From Phaeosaccion multiseriatum (lineage: Eukaryota > Protista > Ochrophyta, other classes), in the NCBI GenBank assembly GCA_965112735.1, contig OZ218960.1:2480001-2544000 (forward strand): DNA of 64,000 nucleotides, given 5' to 3'. The position numbers were made by a program, and so were the translations under genes. Below are positions 40,618 to 51,778 of this stretch, in pieces; within the stretch, counting starts at the first letter, position 1, and every line of letters starts with the position of its first letter. A model generated the notes under the pieces. That model was not told the DNA's origin, made no database searches, and worked only from the letters and a program-made list of their open reading frames with translations.

Positions 40618-42590
40618 AACGACGAAAGGTGGGAACTGCCTGTTTGTCTGCATGCCTGCCCATATGTCTCCTCATGTGCCTGACCATCTGTTGACAATGT
40701 ACCTGCCCATAACACCAACTCGAACGGCAATCATCGAAATACTAAGGAAGCCGCTCGACAGACAAGACAGACAGACCACATGAGACACCCAGGCTGTAAC
40801 CTCTACTGACCTCTTTGGCAAACGCAAAGCCATACCCGGGCATATCGACAAGCACAAGGCGAGGCTGCTTCACTTTGCCCAGCGCGTACAGATGCAGAGC
40901 GCGCGTTTCTCCCGGCTTGGCGGACACCTTGGCTGTGTTCTTGCCGAGGAGGGCGTTGAGGAGGGTAGATTTGCCCACATTGGAGCGGCCCACGAAGGCA
41001 ACCTTTCAGGGCGGGGAGGGAGGGGGGGGGGGGTTGGGTGGAGAGGGGGAGAGAGAGAGAGAAGGCAGTGGACGGACCGTGGGAGCGGGGCAGGGGCCGA
41101 GGTAAGAGGGGTCCGCTGGAAGGGGGGTTGCATACCTGACTGACTGCCACTTAGGAGCGGACCAAGTAGGGCACAGGGGAGGAGGAAAGAGGAACACCAC
41201 AGGGCGCCCGGCAGCGATGCCGCTCGCCTGAATCATGCGAGCTGCGAGCCCCGCCCCCCCACCCACCCCCGGCACCCTCTCGCCTGGCATCGCCTCGCGA
41301 GACCTTTCCTTCTCTTTCTCAGGGAGGGAGGGAGGCGGTTGTGTAGTGTACTCTCACCTCGGGTGTGCTGGCGATGGGGGGAGCCTTTTCTTGCAGCTCT
41401 TCGATGGTAGACACCTCTGATAGCTTCTTCCAGCCTGAGACGGCAGCAGAGGAAGAGAGATGTACGTGTGGAGAGGGGAGAGAGAGAGACAGAGAGATAG
41501 AGAGGAAGAGAGAGGGAGAGAGAGGGAGAGAGGGAGAGATGCAGGGGGAGGGCGAGAGAGAGGGAGAGAAGGAGAGATGGAGGGGGGGAGGGAGAGAGAG
41601 AGATGGAGAGGGAGGGATAGAGAGACAAGTGCCAATCAAGTCCAGAACGTCGCAAGAAGGGAGAGCGTGTGTGGGATAGATAGGCGCAGACCAAAAATAA
41701 AGGGAGGCAGCACAGGGGACGCGAGGAGAGAGAAACACAGCGTCACGGGAGAGGCAGGAGAGAGGCGAGAAGGGTCTTGCACAGTCCAGACGGAAGATGC
41801 TTGCTCTCTCCTAGCCCATCACGGGTGCAAGGTAAGATGGTGCCCGAGCTTGTTGTGCATATCCTTCTCCCTGGGCGGAATGAACACACTCATACTTGCC
41901 CTTGTTGGGTCCTACTCACTCCCTCCCTCCCTCCCTCCCGCACTCCCTCCCCCACTCACTCCCTCGCCAACGCTTTACTACCTCACCCACTCCCTCGCTC
42001 ACTCACTCACCCAATTTGGTGGCGTCGAATTCGATGGGCGCGATCTTGGCTTTCTCCGCCTTGTCGCGATCTTCAGCAACGGACCTACCCCTCCCGTAGT
42101 CCTCCTTCCTCCTCAGCCTCATGCTCGAGCGCTTCTCCCTTCCCAGCCCGTGCTGGTCCAGATACCTCATAAGCTTGGCGTCTACATGGGTCTCTCTGAG
42201 CATCTGCCTCAGGCTCTTGCCGTCTTCAGTCGTGCCCTTCTTGCCGGAGGAAGGGTCAATGTCGTAGATGCGCTCCAATGCAATGGCGGGGAATGGGGAT
42301 GCTGAGGCTGAGGGTGGGGGGTTGGAGGCAGGGGCCTTCTCGGCACTGTCGGCTGTTGATTGAGAAGAGGAAGAGGCTGAGAAGTCCTTGGCGGGCTCCG
42401 AGAAGGGGTACATTCGCTTCCTTCCGCGCGTCCTCCTGCTTCCAGTTGTGATGGTGCTTCCCGTTCGAGCCGGCGTGCGGTTGATGGCGCCTTTGGAGTG
42501 GGGGAGCTGACTGAGCACCCGGTCCTGGACACACCGGCACGCCTGCACCCATGCCTCTCGAGTCACGCTCCCTCGCAGCCCAGACGCCAT
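39312..42590 (-). CDS. engB: EngB/YihA/YsxC-family GTPase, organelle-targeted, about 5 exons
   Basis: PE|VAFVGRSNVGKSTLLNAL, SAKPGET, LVDMPGYGFA, LLLDGRHG and VLTKCD. Confidence 0.9.
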
Positions 42591-42769
42591 TGCTCCCAAC
42601 CCTTTCCGCGGATCCGCTGCTCTTCGTCTCCCACCGCAGCGTGTTTGATGAATGGAAGGGGGAAGGTGGGAAGGGAAAAGTACCGTAAGCTAATGAATGG
42701 ATGGCGCGAGCCCCCCTTCCCCCCACTCTCCCTGTCCCGCTCCTTTTCAGCAGGGACGTCTTTGCAGTC

Positions 42770-44314
42770 ATGGCGGGGGCGGGAGGCATCGACGTGAATG
42801 TCGAGATTGAGAAGGCGCTGGCCGAGGGAAAAGGCTGGAGCGACGAAGAGCGACAGGCCTACCTGGATCAGATCCCGGACAACCACCCCCTCTTCACAGA
42901 GAAGCTCGAGGACATGGACCCGGATGTAGTCGAGGCGTTCAAGGTGGGCGAAGGAGGAAGGCGCTTAGGTCGGGGGGGTGAAGTAACCACGTGTTGGGTC
43001 GTCTTTTCCTCCCCTCTCCTCCTTTTCTTCCCTCTTACTGATTGGTCGGTGTGCTCTTCTCACCATCTTTCCCTCTCCTCACTCCCTCTCCATCCCCAGA
43101 ACATGGCGTACGAGGGGCAGACGGAGGAGACGATGGCAGAGCACTGCAAAGAGGAGGGCAACAAACGCTTCCAGAGGGGCCCTCAGAACCGCATGTATTA
43201 CAAGCACGCGGTGCAGTTCTACGCCGAGGGGCTCAGACATGCCGCCGCCGCTGTTACCGAGGCTGCCAAGGGTGCTACGAAGGAGCAGCAGGATGCAGAT
43301 GGTGATAAAGGCAGCGGAAGCAAGGACCCCGAGTTGATAGACTTGCGGGCGACGCTCTACGCCAACCGAGCTGCGGCCAGCTTGGGCCTTAAGAACTACG
43401 GCAGCGCCATTGCAGATTGCAACGAGTCGCTCAAGCTCAAGCCCGGGAATGTCAAGTGCCTCTACCGAAAGGCCAAGGCGCAGCAGTGCCTGCGAAAGTA
43501 CACGGAGGCGCGCGAGAGCTGCCAAGCGGCCTTGCTGCTCGACCCCTCCAACAAGCCGGTGCTGGGCGTGCAGGCAAAGGTTGATGCCGAACTGGACAAG
43601 ATGGAGAGCCGGCGGCGGCAACAGGAGCAAGCCAAGCAACAGGAGTATGATGCAATAGGGCACGTGTGGTCGTTGTGCCACGCCGGCAATATCACAATTG
43701 GCAGAAGTGCCTTTGAGGAGGAGGGCCACCACATGAAGCACAACGAATGTCTCCCCTACGAGCACGAGGGGGTGGATGGCCTGGTATGGCCCGTCATGCT
43801 GCTCTACCCGGAGTTCGGCCAGAGCGACTTGATTCAGGCGTTCTGTGAAACAGACTTAGTGGCCGAGCATCTGGCGAGGGCTTTCCCCGAGGAAGGCCCC
43901 CCCTTGCCGTGGGACGAAGGCTTCCACTACCGATGCACTAACTTGGTGGTCTATTTGGAGTGTACGGGAGGGACGGGTAGTGCCCCGTCCAGGCCTATCC
44001 AGGATTCAGCGGAGTGTGTGCTGGAGTACCAGAGACTACAGCGCCTAAAGCAAGGAGGAGGAGGAGGAGGAGGAGGAGGAGGAGGACGAGGAGGACGAGG
44101 AGACGAGGAAAGCAAGGCGGGAGGAGGAGGAACCACAGAACCGGCGCCGAGTCAATGGTGGCTGGTGCCTCCGAAGTGCACCCTGGGGCAGCTGTTGCGG
44201 CAGAAGGGGCACGTGGTGGCGTGGTTTCTACCCACTTTGACGGTGTTTCCGGCGGATTCGCAGGCGCACGAAGAGTTTCGAAGAAAGCACCGCCCCAAGG
44301 TCATCACAGGGTGA
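42770..44314 (+). CDS. TTC4: TTC4/Cns1 TPR co-chaperone; one intron (about 42944-43099)
   Basis: HPLF, KEEGNKRF, LYANRAAA and KCLYRKAKA TPRs, followed by wheel-domain WPVMLLYPEFGQSDLIQAF. Confidence 0.9.
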   Translation: MAGAGGIDVNVEIEKALAEGKGWSDEERQAYLDQIPDNHPLFTEKLEDMDPDVVEAFKVGEGGRRLGRGGEVTTCWVVFSSPLLLFFPLTDWSVCSSHHLSLSSLPLHPQNMAYEGQTEETMAEHCKEEGNKRFQRGPQNRMYYKHAVQFYAEGLRHAAAAVTEAAKGATKEQQDADGDKGSGSKDPELIDLRATLYANRAAASLGLKNYGSAIADCNESLKLKPGNVKCLYRKAKAQQCLRKYTEARESCQAALLLDPSNKPVLGVQAKVDAELDKMESRRRQQEQAKQQEYDAIGHVWSLCHAGNITIGRSAFEEEGHHMKHNECLPYEHEGVDGLVWPVMLLYPEFGQSDLIQAFCETDLVAEHLARAFPEEGPPLPWDEGFHYRCTNLVVYLECTGGTGSAPSRPIQDSAECVLEYQRLQRLKQGGGGGGGGGGGRGGRGDEESKAGGGGTTEPAPSQWWLVPPKCTLGQLLRQKGHVVAWFLPTLTVFPADSQAHEEFRRKHRPKVITG

Positions 44315-45453
44315 CGACGACGACACCAGAGGAAGCACACTCGGCAACGTGAGTATGCCAGTGCACCAGGAACACGCGAAGGGCGTGCATCCCACTGCAA
44401 CTGTCTTGTCGTGTGTGTGTGGTGTGTGGGGTCTTTCGTGTCTTCGTGCTGGCGTCGTGACCTGCCGGCCGGAGAGAGCCCTGGGAGACGACCCCCTGTC
44501 CAAGCCGAAACTGCGCGTGGACCAGCACATGTATCACCAACTGTTGCTGCTGTTGCTGGTACGAAGTGGGCAAGTTGGGAGGCAGGTACGCACCCTCCAC
44601 CCCCTCGCGTGCTGCAATGCCCCAATCTGTAGTCTCGGGGAGATTCGATCAGAAGGAAGAGCACTGAGGAGGGGGGTGACGTCACGATCTCCCCACATCG
44701 CACGACACCACACCACACCAAGGCACACTTGGGACGTGCGCTGTTCTGTTGTTACGTGATTGCTTTGGATCGGAGAGACGAACATCGACCTCGAGACAGA
44801 TGCATTGCTGGAAAGAAGGTCGACCTCGAGCTTGCATTGCGCGGTGAGGCGGGAGGGCGCCCAACAGCGCAAGCGGAGGTGCCAGGGTGGCACAGAGGAC
44901 AAACGGCAGCAAAACGGCAGCAAGACGGCAGCAGTCGGAGGTACAGCAACACCAGCACCAGCACCAGCAAAAAGCAGAGCGGGGACATCTGCAGTGTCAC
45001 CCAGGAGATGAGTGCATCGCCTTGAATAGCCCGGGGCATCTTACCGCCTCATCTCAATGCCTCCATGTCCGCGACAACGGCAGTACTCGTGGGATACCGC
45101 CATCGGCACCACCACCACCAGCAGCAGCAGCAGCAACAGCAGCAACAACAGCGGCACCGCAAACATGAAGGTGAAAGCAGTCTATTTTTAAATTTAAAAC
45201 TTAGTTCAGAACCGAGGCTATGGAATTTTGCCGTTTCCTTCTTTCCCATATCCTTGAGACAAATGTCTCGTGCCTTGTGCGCGAACAAAGGCATAGCGAG
45301 GAGGAGGGGAGGAGAGAGGAGGGGAAAGTATCTTCCGTTCTTCGAGCCTTGGGCAAGTCTTCTTACAGCCGAGGAAGGTGGTCTCTAGTGCAGTGCAACA
45401 CGGCTCGTCCCTATTAGATCAGAGGAAAGTCGTCTCTGATCCAGTACAACTCA

Positions 45454-46689
45454 TTAGATGAGAGGAAAGTCGTCTCTGATCCAGTACAACTCGTCTTTCG
45501 TGTGCATACACTCCTTGAGGTCTGCCTCTCTCAGCGCTTTGCGGTCCTGCTGCTGGCACACCTGCCACGTCTCCTTGGCAAGGTACTCGGTGAAGAGCTC
45601 CATACTCTTGCCGATGAGAGAGGTCGCTTCTTTGGATATGCTCACTACGTCGGGGTCTAGCTTGATGATACGGCGTATGCGAGCCACCGGGCAGACCAGG
45701 TCGGTCGTTGATGCTCCTCCTCCTCCTCCTCCTGCTGCTGTTGTTGCTGCTGCTGCTGCTGATGCTGCCCCGCCGAACTGGGGGGAGTTGTAGACTGCCC
45801 CAGCTTCATTCTTCATGATACTCATGGGAGAATTCTGAGCCAGGCACCCATTTCAAAGAGCCCGGTAGGTATCAATCAGCACAAGGGAGGAGAAGTCGTA
45901 GGTCAGCGAGGACAGGGAGAGGAGAGGGATGGTTGGTAAGGTCTGACGGTGCTCAGAAAACCCACACACACACACATGAAAAGTCCGCTTTCGCACGAAG
46001 GAGGGAGTACGAGCAAGTAAGTGCGCAAAGCCTTGTTTGCTAACTCACTTGCGCTTCCGCATTGGGCTGGTACGGCTGCGTGTGAGGGTCTGTCAGATGC
46101 ACCCACTGGAGGTGGAGGGGGGGGGGGGGGGAGAGGAGGACAACACCGTTGGTGGGAGGGAGAAGAAAGGGGCAAGGCGTACAAAGAGGACAGAAGCCCG
46201 TCAAGTGATAGCAAAAGCACAGTGCTGGCTCTGCGACTCTTCCTTCCATACTTCTTTCCGCACAAAAAGAGGCACTGCAGGAGGGCCCAAGGGCGTGAGC
46301 TTTCCCCCCGTTGAAAGCAAGTTCACTATCCTCTTCCCCCCCTTTGCGAAAGGCAGCAACCCTCCCCCTCGTCCAGTGTTGCGCACCTTGCTTGATGTGG
46401 GACCAGCTCCTTCCGACTGTGCGCTCACAGCGAGCCCGTTGTCTGGGTTTTGTGCTGTGGGAAAGTTGCCGCTAGCGTCGGGGTAGTGGTGGGGGTGTGG
46501 GGCGGGCACTGCTCCCAGTGGTGGAGCAAGCTGCTGTTGCTGCCCACTTGTTAACATGTCTTCCTCCTCCTCTTCATCAATCTCGTCTCCCTCCTCCTCC
46601 TCCTCCTCCTCTTCCTCCTCCTCCTCCTCCTCCTCTTCCTCCTCTTCCTCCTCCTCCTCCTCGTCTCCCAAGTGATCCTTTTCTTCCAT
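45454..46689 (-). CDS. Histone-fold protein (CBFD_NFYB_HMF; NF-YC/DPB3/POLE4-like) with acidic N-terminus, 3 exons
   Basis: PVARIRRIIKLDPDVVSISKEATSLIGKSMELFTEYLAKE...ELYWIRD. Upstream exons are joined by GT-AG. Confidence 0.82.
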
Positions 46690-46822
46690 CGCTAGTCCTA
46701 CAACCTAAAGGTGAAAGGGAGAAAGATTTCCTTCCTTTTTCGCTCTTTAATGCTTCGATTCCTCGAACGCCCCTGTGAATTTTGGATTCGAACACGGGAG
46801 GCTGAGATCGAGGTTTCTAATC

Positions 46823-49800
46823 ATGACGATGACGCGCGAGCGAGGGGTGCGCGTTTGTGGCTGCTCTCGCCTCCTATTGCTGGCAATTCTGCCAGCTGCT
46901 GCTGCTGCGAGCGCGGTACATGACCCACAGGGGCCTTTGTGCAACAGCAGGCACAGCAGTAGCAGCAGCGGCGGGGCAGGGAGGGGTGCAGCATGGTCTC
47001 TTCTGCCGTCGCGGTCTTCGTCACGCCTCCTCTCTCCCCCAATTGAACAATTGAAGGTCATCAGCAGGCTTAGGGGTGGTGCGGCAGTGGGCAGCGGCAG
47101 TAGAAGGAGCAAGGCCTCCGCCGTAGTAGGAGAATCGGCATCGGCGTCGAGAGCAGTGGAGAAGACGCTCTTTCCGCTGTATCTCGTCTTATTGATTGAT
47201 GCCATTGGCATGGGCATTGCCCTCCCGGCGCTTCCCTTCCACATCATGGGTCTCGGAGCGGGAGCGTTCCGGCTCTCCCTCGTCGTGTGCTCCAATTATC
47301 TCACTCAGGTACGTACGCAATACTCTCCCCCGCCTTCGTTCATTAGCAGATCGTCCCCGGCCAATGACGCCCCCCCCCCCCCGCCCCCTTTTCCTTCCCA
47401 CCCATTCAGATTTTGGGTTCGGTCTTCGCAGGTGCTCTCTCTGATCGTTTCGGTCGTCGTCCGGTGCTAATGCTGTGCATCGGCGTCTCTGCGCTGTCGT
47501 ATCTCCTCGTCGGCCGCTCCACCTCCCTCCTCACGTGTGCTCTTGCCAGGGTGGTAGGAGGAGTAGTCGGGGGTGTGAGTCCTATCGCGCAATCCTGCGT
47601 GGCAGACGTGACGTCGCAGGACGAGCGACCGCAGTACATGGGCAGAATTCAGGTGAGACAATCCGCGCACGCAGCCCCCATCCCTCCCTCACTCACTCCC
47701 TCACTCGGGAGCTTTTCATGTTTGGAGGGTTGCAGTGAGTGCTATGGGTATGCCGCCGTCGCCGCATTTGAAGGTGGTCCTTCCGTTTCCATATGAATGA
47801 GGGGTAGACGTGGACTGGAATGGTTGTCTTCTTCCTCCTCCTCTTCTTCTTCTTCTTCTTCTTCTTCTTCTTCTTCTTCTTCTTCTTCTTCTTCTTCTTC
47901 TTCTTCTTCTTCTTCTTCTTCTTCTTCTTCTTCTTCCTCCTCCTTCTCCTCCTCCTCCTCCCTTCTTCTTCTTCTTCTTCTTCTTCTTCTTCTTCTTCTT
48001 CTTCTTCTTCTTCTTCTTCTTCTTCTTCTTCTTCTTCTTCTTCTTCTTCTTCTTCTTCTTCTTCTTCTTCTTCTTCTCCTCCTCCTCCTCCTCCTCCCCT
48101 ACTCGAAGCCCTGTCTAGGTGTGCAAAGGACGTGTCCTCGTGTGTACGCCTCTCTCCCTCCCCGCCTTGTTTTGAATCCCCTCTGTGCTTGCCCCCCCCC
48201 CCGGTCCCCGCTTCTGTAGGCCTGCATCGGAGCGGGCTTTGTCATTGGCCCCATGATCGCCACCACCCTCAGTGAAGTGTTCCACTTCTCGCTCTCCAAG
48301 AGCTTTTACGCCGCGACGTTTGTGGCGCTTTCTTCGCTGGTACTGACGGCATTTTCCATGCCAGAAACTCATGCAATGCACAAGGACAATGGCGAGGAGG
48401 CGGAGGAGAAAAGAGCGAGGAAAGCCGCTAACAAGAAGGCGAAGTTGAGGGAAAAGCAGGTGGAGGCGGCTGCGAAGATGGCCAAACGAAGCTTCCCGAT
48501 TCCCTTCTCGGTGCTCTTGCTGGTGCTCAACGGCTTCCTGCTCATGTATGCCTTCTCGTTAGAGACGGTGAGTATTCGGGTCGGGTCGGGGATGAACCAT
48601 CGAAGCTGCTCCCTTGGGTTTGCCCTCGATTCAGTATGGTGGGGGGGCGTGTGGTTTGCCTTGTGGTGTGTATCGACTAATGGGGGAAGGAGAGGGGTGG
48701 AAGGAAGCCCGTAGCAAGCAGGCATCTTAATTGGGAGACGTTTCTCCTCCCCCGACCCACCCACCCCACTCGCCCCATCGCACCCCTACTTGAGGACTTG
48801 CCACCGCCCCCAACCCACTTGAGTGAAGGGCAGACTCTTCACCGGTATGTATCTCTCTCACCGCCCACCCTCCTCACCCTCCCCGGACTCGAACGCGAAC
48901 TCGAACCAGGTGTACGCTATGTTCATCCGAGACAACTTCGGCTTCGGGGAGGTGACCCTGTCCAAGCTCTTCGCCACCAACGGCGCCCTCATCATGGTGC
49001 TGCAGCTGTACTTCATGAAGCCGCTTGTGCGCAGGCTGGGCAAGCACATGCTCCTTGTGTTGGGAAATCTACTCCTTGCAGGTAGGTCGGTCGTCGTTCG
49101 TTCGGTTGGTTGGTTGGTTGGTTGGTTGGTTGGTTGGTTGGTTGGTTGGTTGGTTGGTTGATTGGTTGGAAGGACGGTTGATTGGTTGGTCGGGTAGTTG
49201 TTTGGTTGGTCGGTTGGTTGGTCGGTTGGTTGGAAGGACGGTTGATTGGTTGGTTGGTTGGTCGGTCGGTTGCTTGGTCGATTGGTTGATTGATTGGTAG
49301 CTGAAGGCCCTTGAGGTGTTGCATGAGACTGGGTGGAAGCTAGACCGGACCGCTCGGTTCATGTAGGGCTCACACCTGCGGCACTCGATCGAGCTGTGTG
49401 GTCTGTTCGGTTGCGGGTATGTGCGGTGCCGTTCAGGCACAGAAGGAAGTACAGTTGCAATGCACCAGGGGCCGCCCCCCTCTATTCTTTGGAGCTATTT
49501 TTAAAGCCGCACCCCCCTACCCCTTCTCCCCTTGTGTGAACCCTTCCCTTCCCTTCCTCTCCCTCCCTCTCCCTCCGTCAACACTCTTCCCTCTTCTCCA
49601 ACCCCCCTCCCCCTCCCCACTTCCCCTCCCTTCCCTCTTCTCCAACCCCCCTCCCCCAACCCTCAAACCAACACCCAACACCACCACCCAAACACAACAT
49701 CAAATCGTCTGAAACAACAATGGAACAGGCGGTCTCAGCGGCATGTGTCTCCAACGGGACCCCCTCGCGCACTTCTCCCTGTTCAGCGTGCACATTGTCG

Positions 49801-50087
49801 GCTACTCCATCAGCGACACAGCCCTCGTCTCCCTAATCTCTCGCTACTCGGACGAAGAGAACCAGGGTCGAGCGTTGGGCCTAAACTCCGCTGCCCTTTG
49901 CTGTGCTCGAGTCATCAGCCCTCTGGCCTCCGGCTGGCTCTACGAGATGTCCAGAGAACAGGGCCACGACCCCATCGGGACGCTGCCTTATCTGGTAGGG
50001 TCGCTGTGTCCCTTGTTAGGGGTCAGCGTACCTCTCTACCTCTACTTTAACACCGTCAAGCGGAAGAGACTACTCAAGCTGGCTTGA
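46823..50087 (+). CDS. MFS transporter (TetA/DHA1-like), 5 exons, with signal peptide and LRGG presequence
   Basis: [26 protein letters not shown] (MFS motif A), [15 protein letters not shown] and QGRALGLN. Confidence 0.88.
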
Positions 50088-51103
50088 AGAACGAAAGCAG
50101 GCAGAGGGAGGAGGAGGGGGTGCAGGGGGCTGAGGTGCGGCTGCTCTAGGTATATTTAAGCCGTCCCTCGGACTATTCTGGCCCGGTGAGGTGGTGTTCT
50201 TCTCAACTTCTCAACGTCAACTCTTCAAGGCCGCAGACTTTGACTGCCATCCACTCTACCCGCCTGCCCCCACTTTGATAGTTTGGAGTGGGTGTGTGCA
50301 CTGTGTAGAGGGCGAGACATGGTTCTCGCAAGCAATGATGACAAGTGGGATGGAGACACAGGGACCAACTTCGAGAGCTGCCCAAGGACGGCAAAGACGT
50401 TGGAGTGGAGGCTTCCCCTGCCCCCCCCCCGGTAGCCCCCCACCTGCACACACAGCACACACAGCAGGCAGAGCAGAGACAGCAGACAGAGAAGAAGAGC
50501 AGAACAGAGCAGCGCAGGGCAGCAAACGAAGGACCCCTCTACAACCTGGCATTGCCTAGGCCAGGGCCGCGGAGGGCGGGGCCTCAGAGTGCTGCCCATC
50601 AGCAAGGCCCGGGAAGGGAAGGAGGGAGGGGGGGAGGGGGTGTTGAGTCGCAGCTTCAAACCCCCTTGGGGACGCGAAGGAGGTGTTGAACAGGAGGAGT
50701 TGTAGCGTCCTCCCAAGTGGGGGCGTCGCTTAGCCTGAGATGGGGGGGCGGTAGAGAGGATATTGTAGACGGAGGCAAAAGAGGAGCGCCAAGCGGGCTA
50801 AAGGGGAGGAGAAGCTGAGAAGGTAGAGGGGGGACTACAGCTCGACTGCTTTAGCAGAGGAGTAGGAAGAGGGCCACGACGAGGTGTGGCTGGTTCTCGT
50901 TGGGCGGAAATAAAGTGAGTTCGCTAGAGGCAGGAGCGGGAGGGGAGGACCAGAAGCGAGATATGAGAACACAAGAAAGGAGAGGGCAAAATAGGATTTG
51001 TTGATCGTCCAACGTCTGAAGCTCCTCACTGAGTGACTGAGTGAGTGAGTGAGTGCGTGCAAGAGTGGAGTGAGAAGGGCCACTCCCCTGCCTCATACGC
51101 CAA

Positions 51104-51152
<49 letters not shown>

Positions 51153-51446
51153 TGTGCGTGAGGATGTGAGTGAGTGAGTGATGTGAGTGGGTGAGAGACT
51201 GCGTGTGTGACTGCGGTGAAACCCCTTGCTATAAGGGGAGAAGCATAGCAGTAAGCTGACTTGCAGGCGGCCGACGCGCGCGCACATACACACACTGTGG
51301 CATCTCCCTTTCGCCCCGATCACCACAAACTCAGAGAAGGCCAGGATGCAGTGCTGGGCGGATCGGGGAGGGAAGGAAGGAGGGAGAAGGGAGAAACGTG
51401 GGGAAAAAAGCGTGTGGAAAAAGCAAAAAACAAAAGCGAATGTCAA

Positions 51447-51567
51447 CGTCTGCTGCAGGATTTGAACCTACGCGGGCAGAGCCCAATTGATGGCAAGCGT
51501 TTCGTGCATGTGAAAACACAAAACGAAGGTTCGAGTCAATCCCCTTAACCGCTTGGGTAAACAATAC
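51447..51567 (-). tRNA. tRNA-Ser(CGA) with a 38-nt intron (51492-51529) and imperfect acceptor stem
   Basis: D-arm CCCAAGCGGTTAAGGG, anticodon stem ATTGA/TCAAT with loop CT-CGA-A, long variable arm GGGCTCTGCCC, T-arm GTAGGTTCAAATCCTGC, discriminator G. Confidence 0.85.
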
Positions 51568-51778
51568 CGAAATGATTTTGACCTCTTCTTAATAATAAGC
51601 TACAGCAGGACCCCGCCCTCCTTCCCCGATTCTCTTTTTGACGTGCCGATCTCCCGAGAAGCGGGGGGTCGATCGGGGGTCCCACAAACAAGGGACGGGA
51701 AATTCTTTGCCGCCATTGTATTGGACTTGTACGACGCCACGCCATCCAACACAATACTTGCAAGCAACGCACAGTAAA

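Noticed and set aside
50100-51400. Possible small gene between the MFS gene and the tRNA
   Set aside because: Only short ORFs without recognisable motifs, and no consistent splice model could be built.
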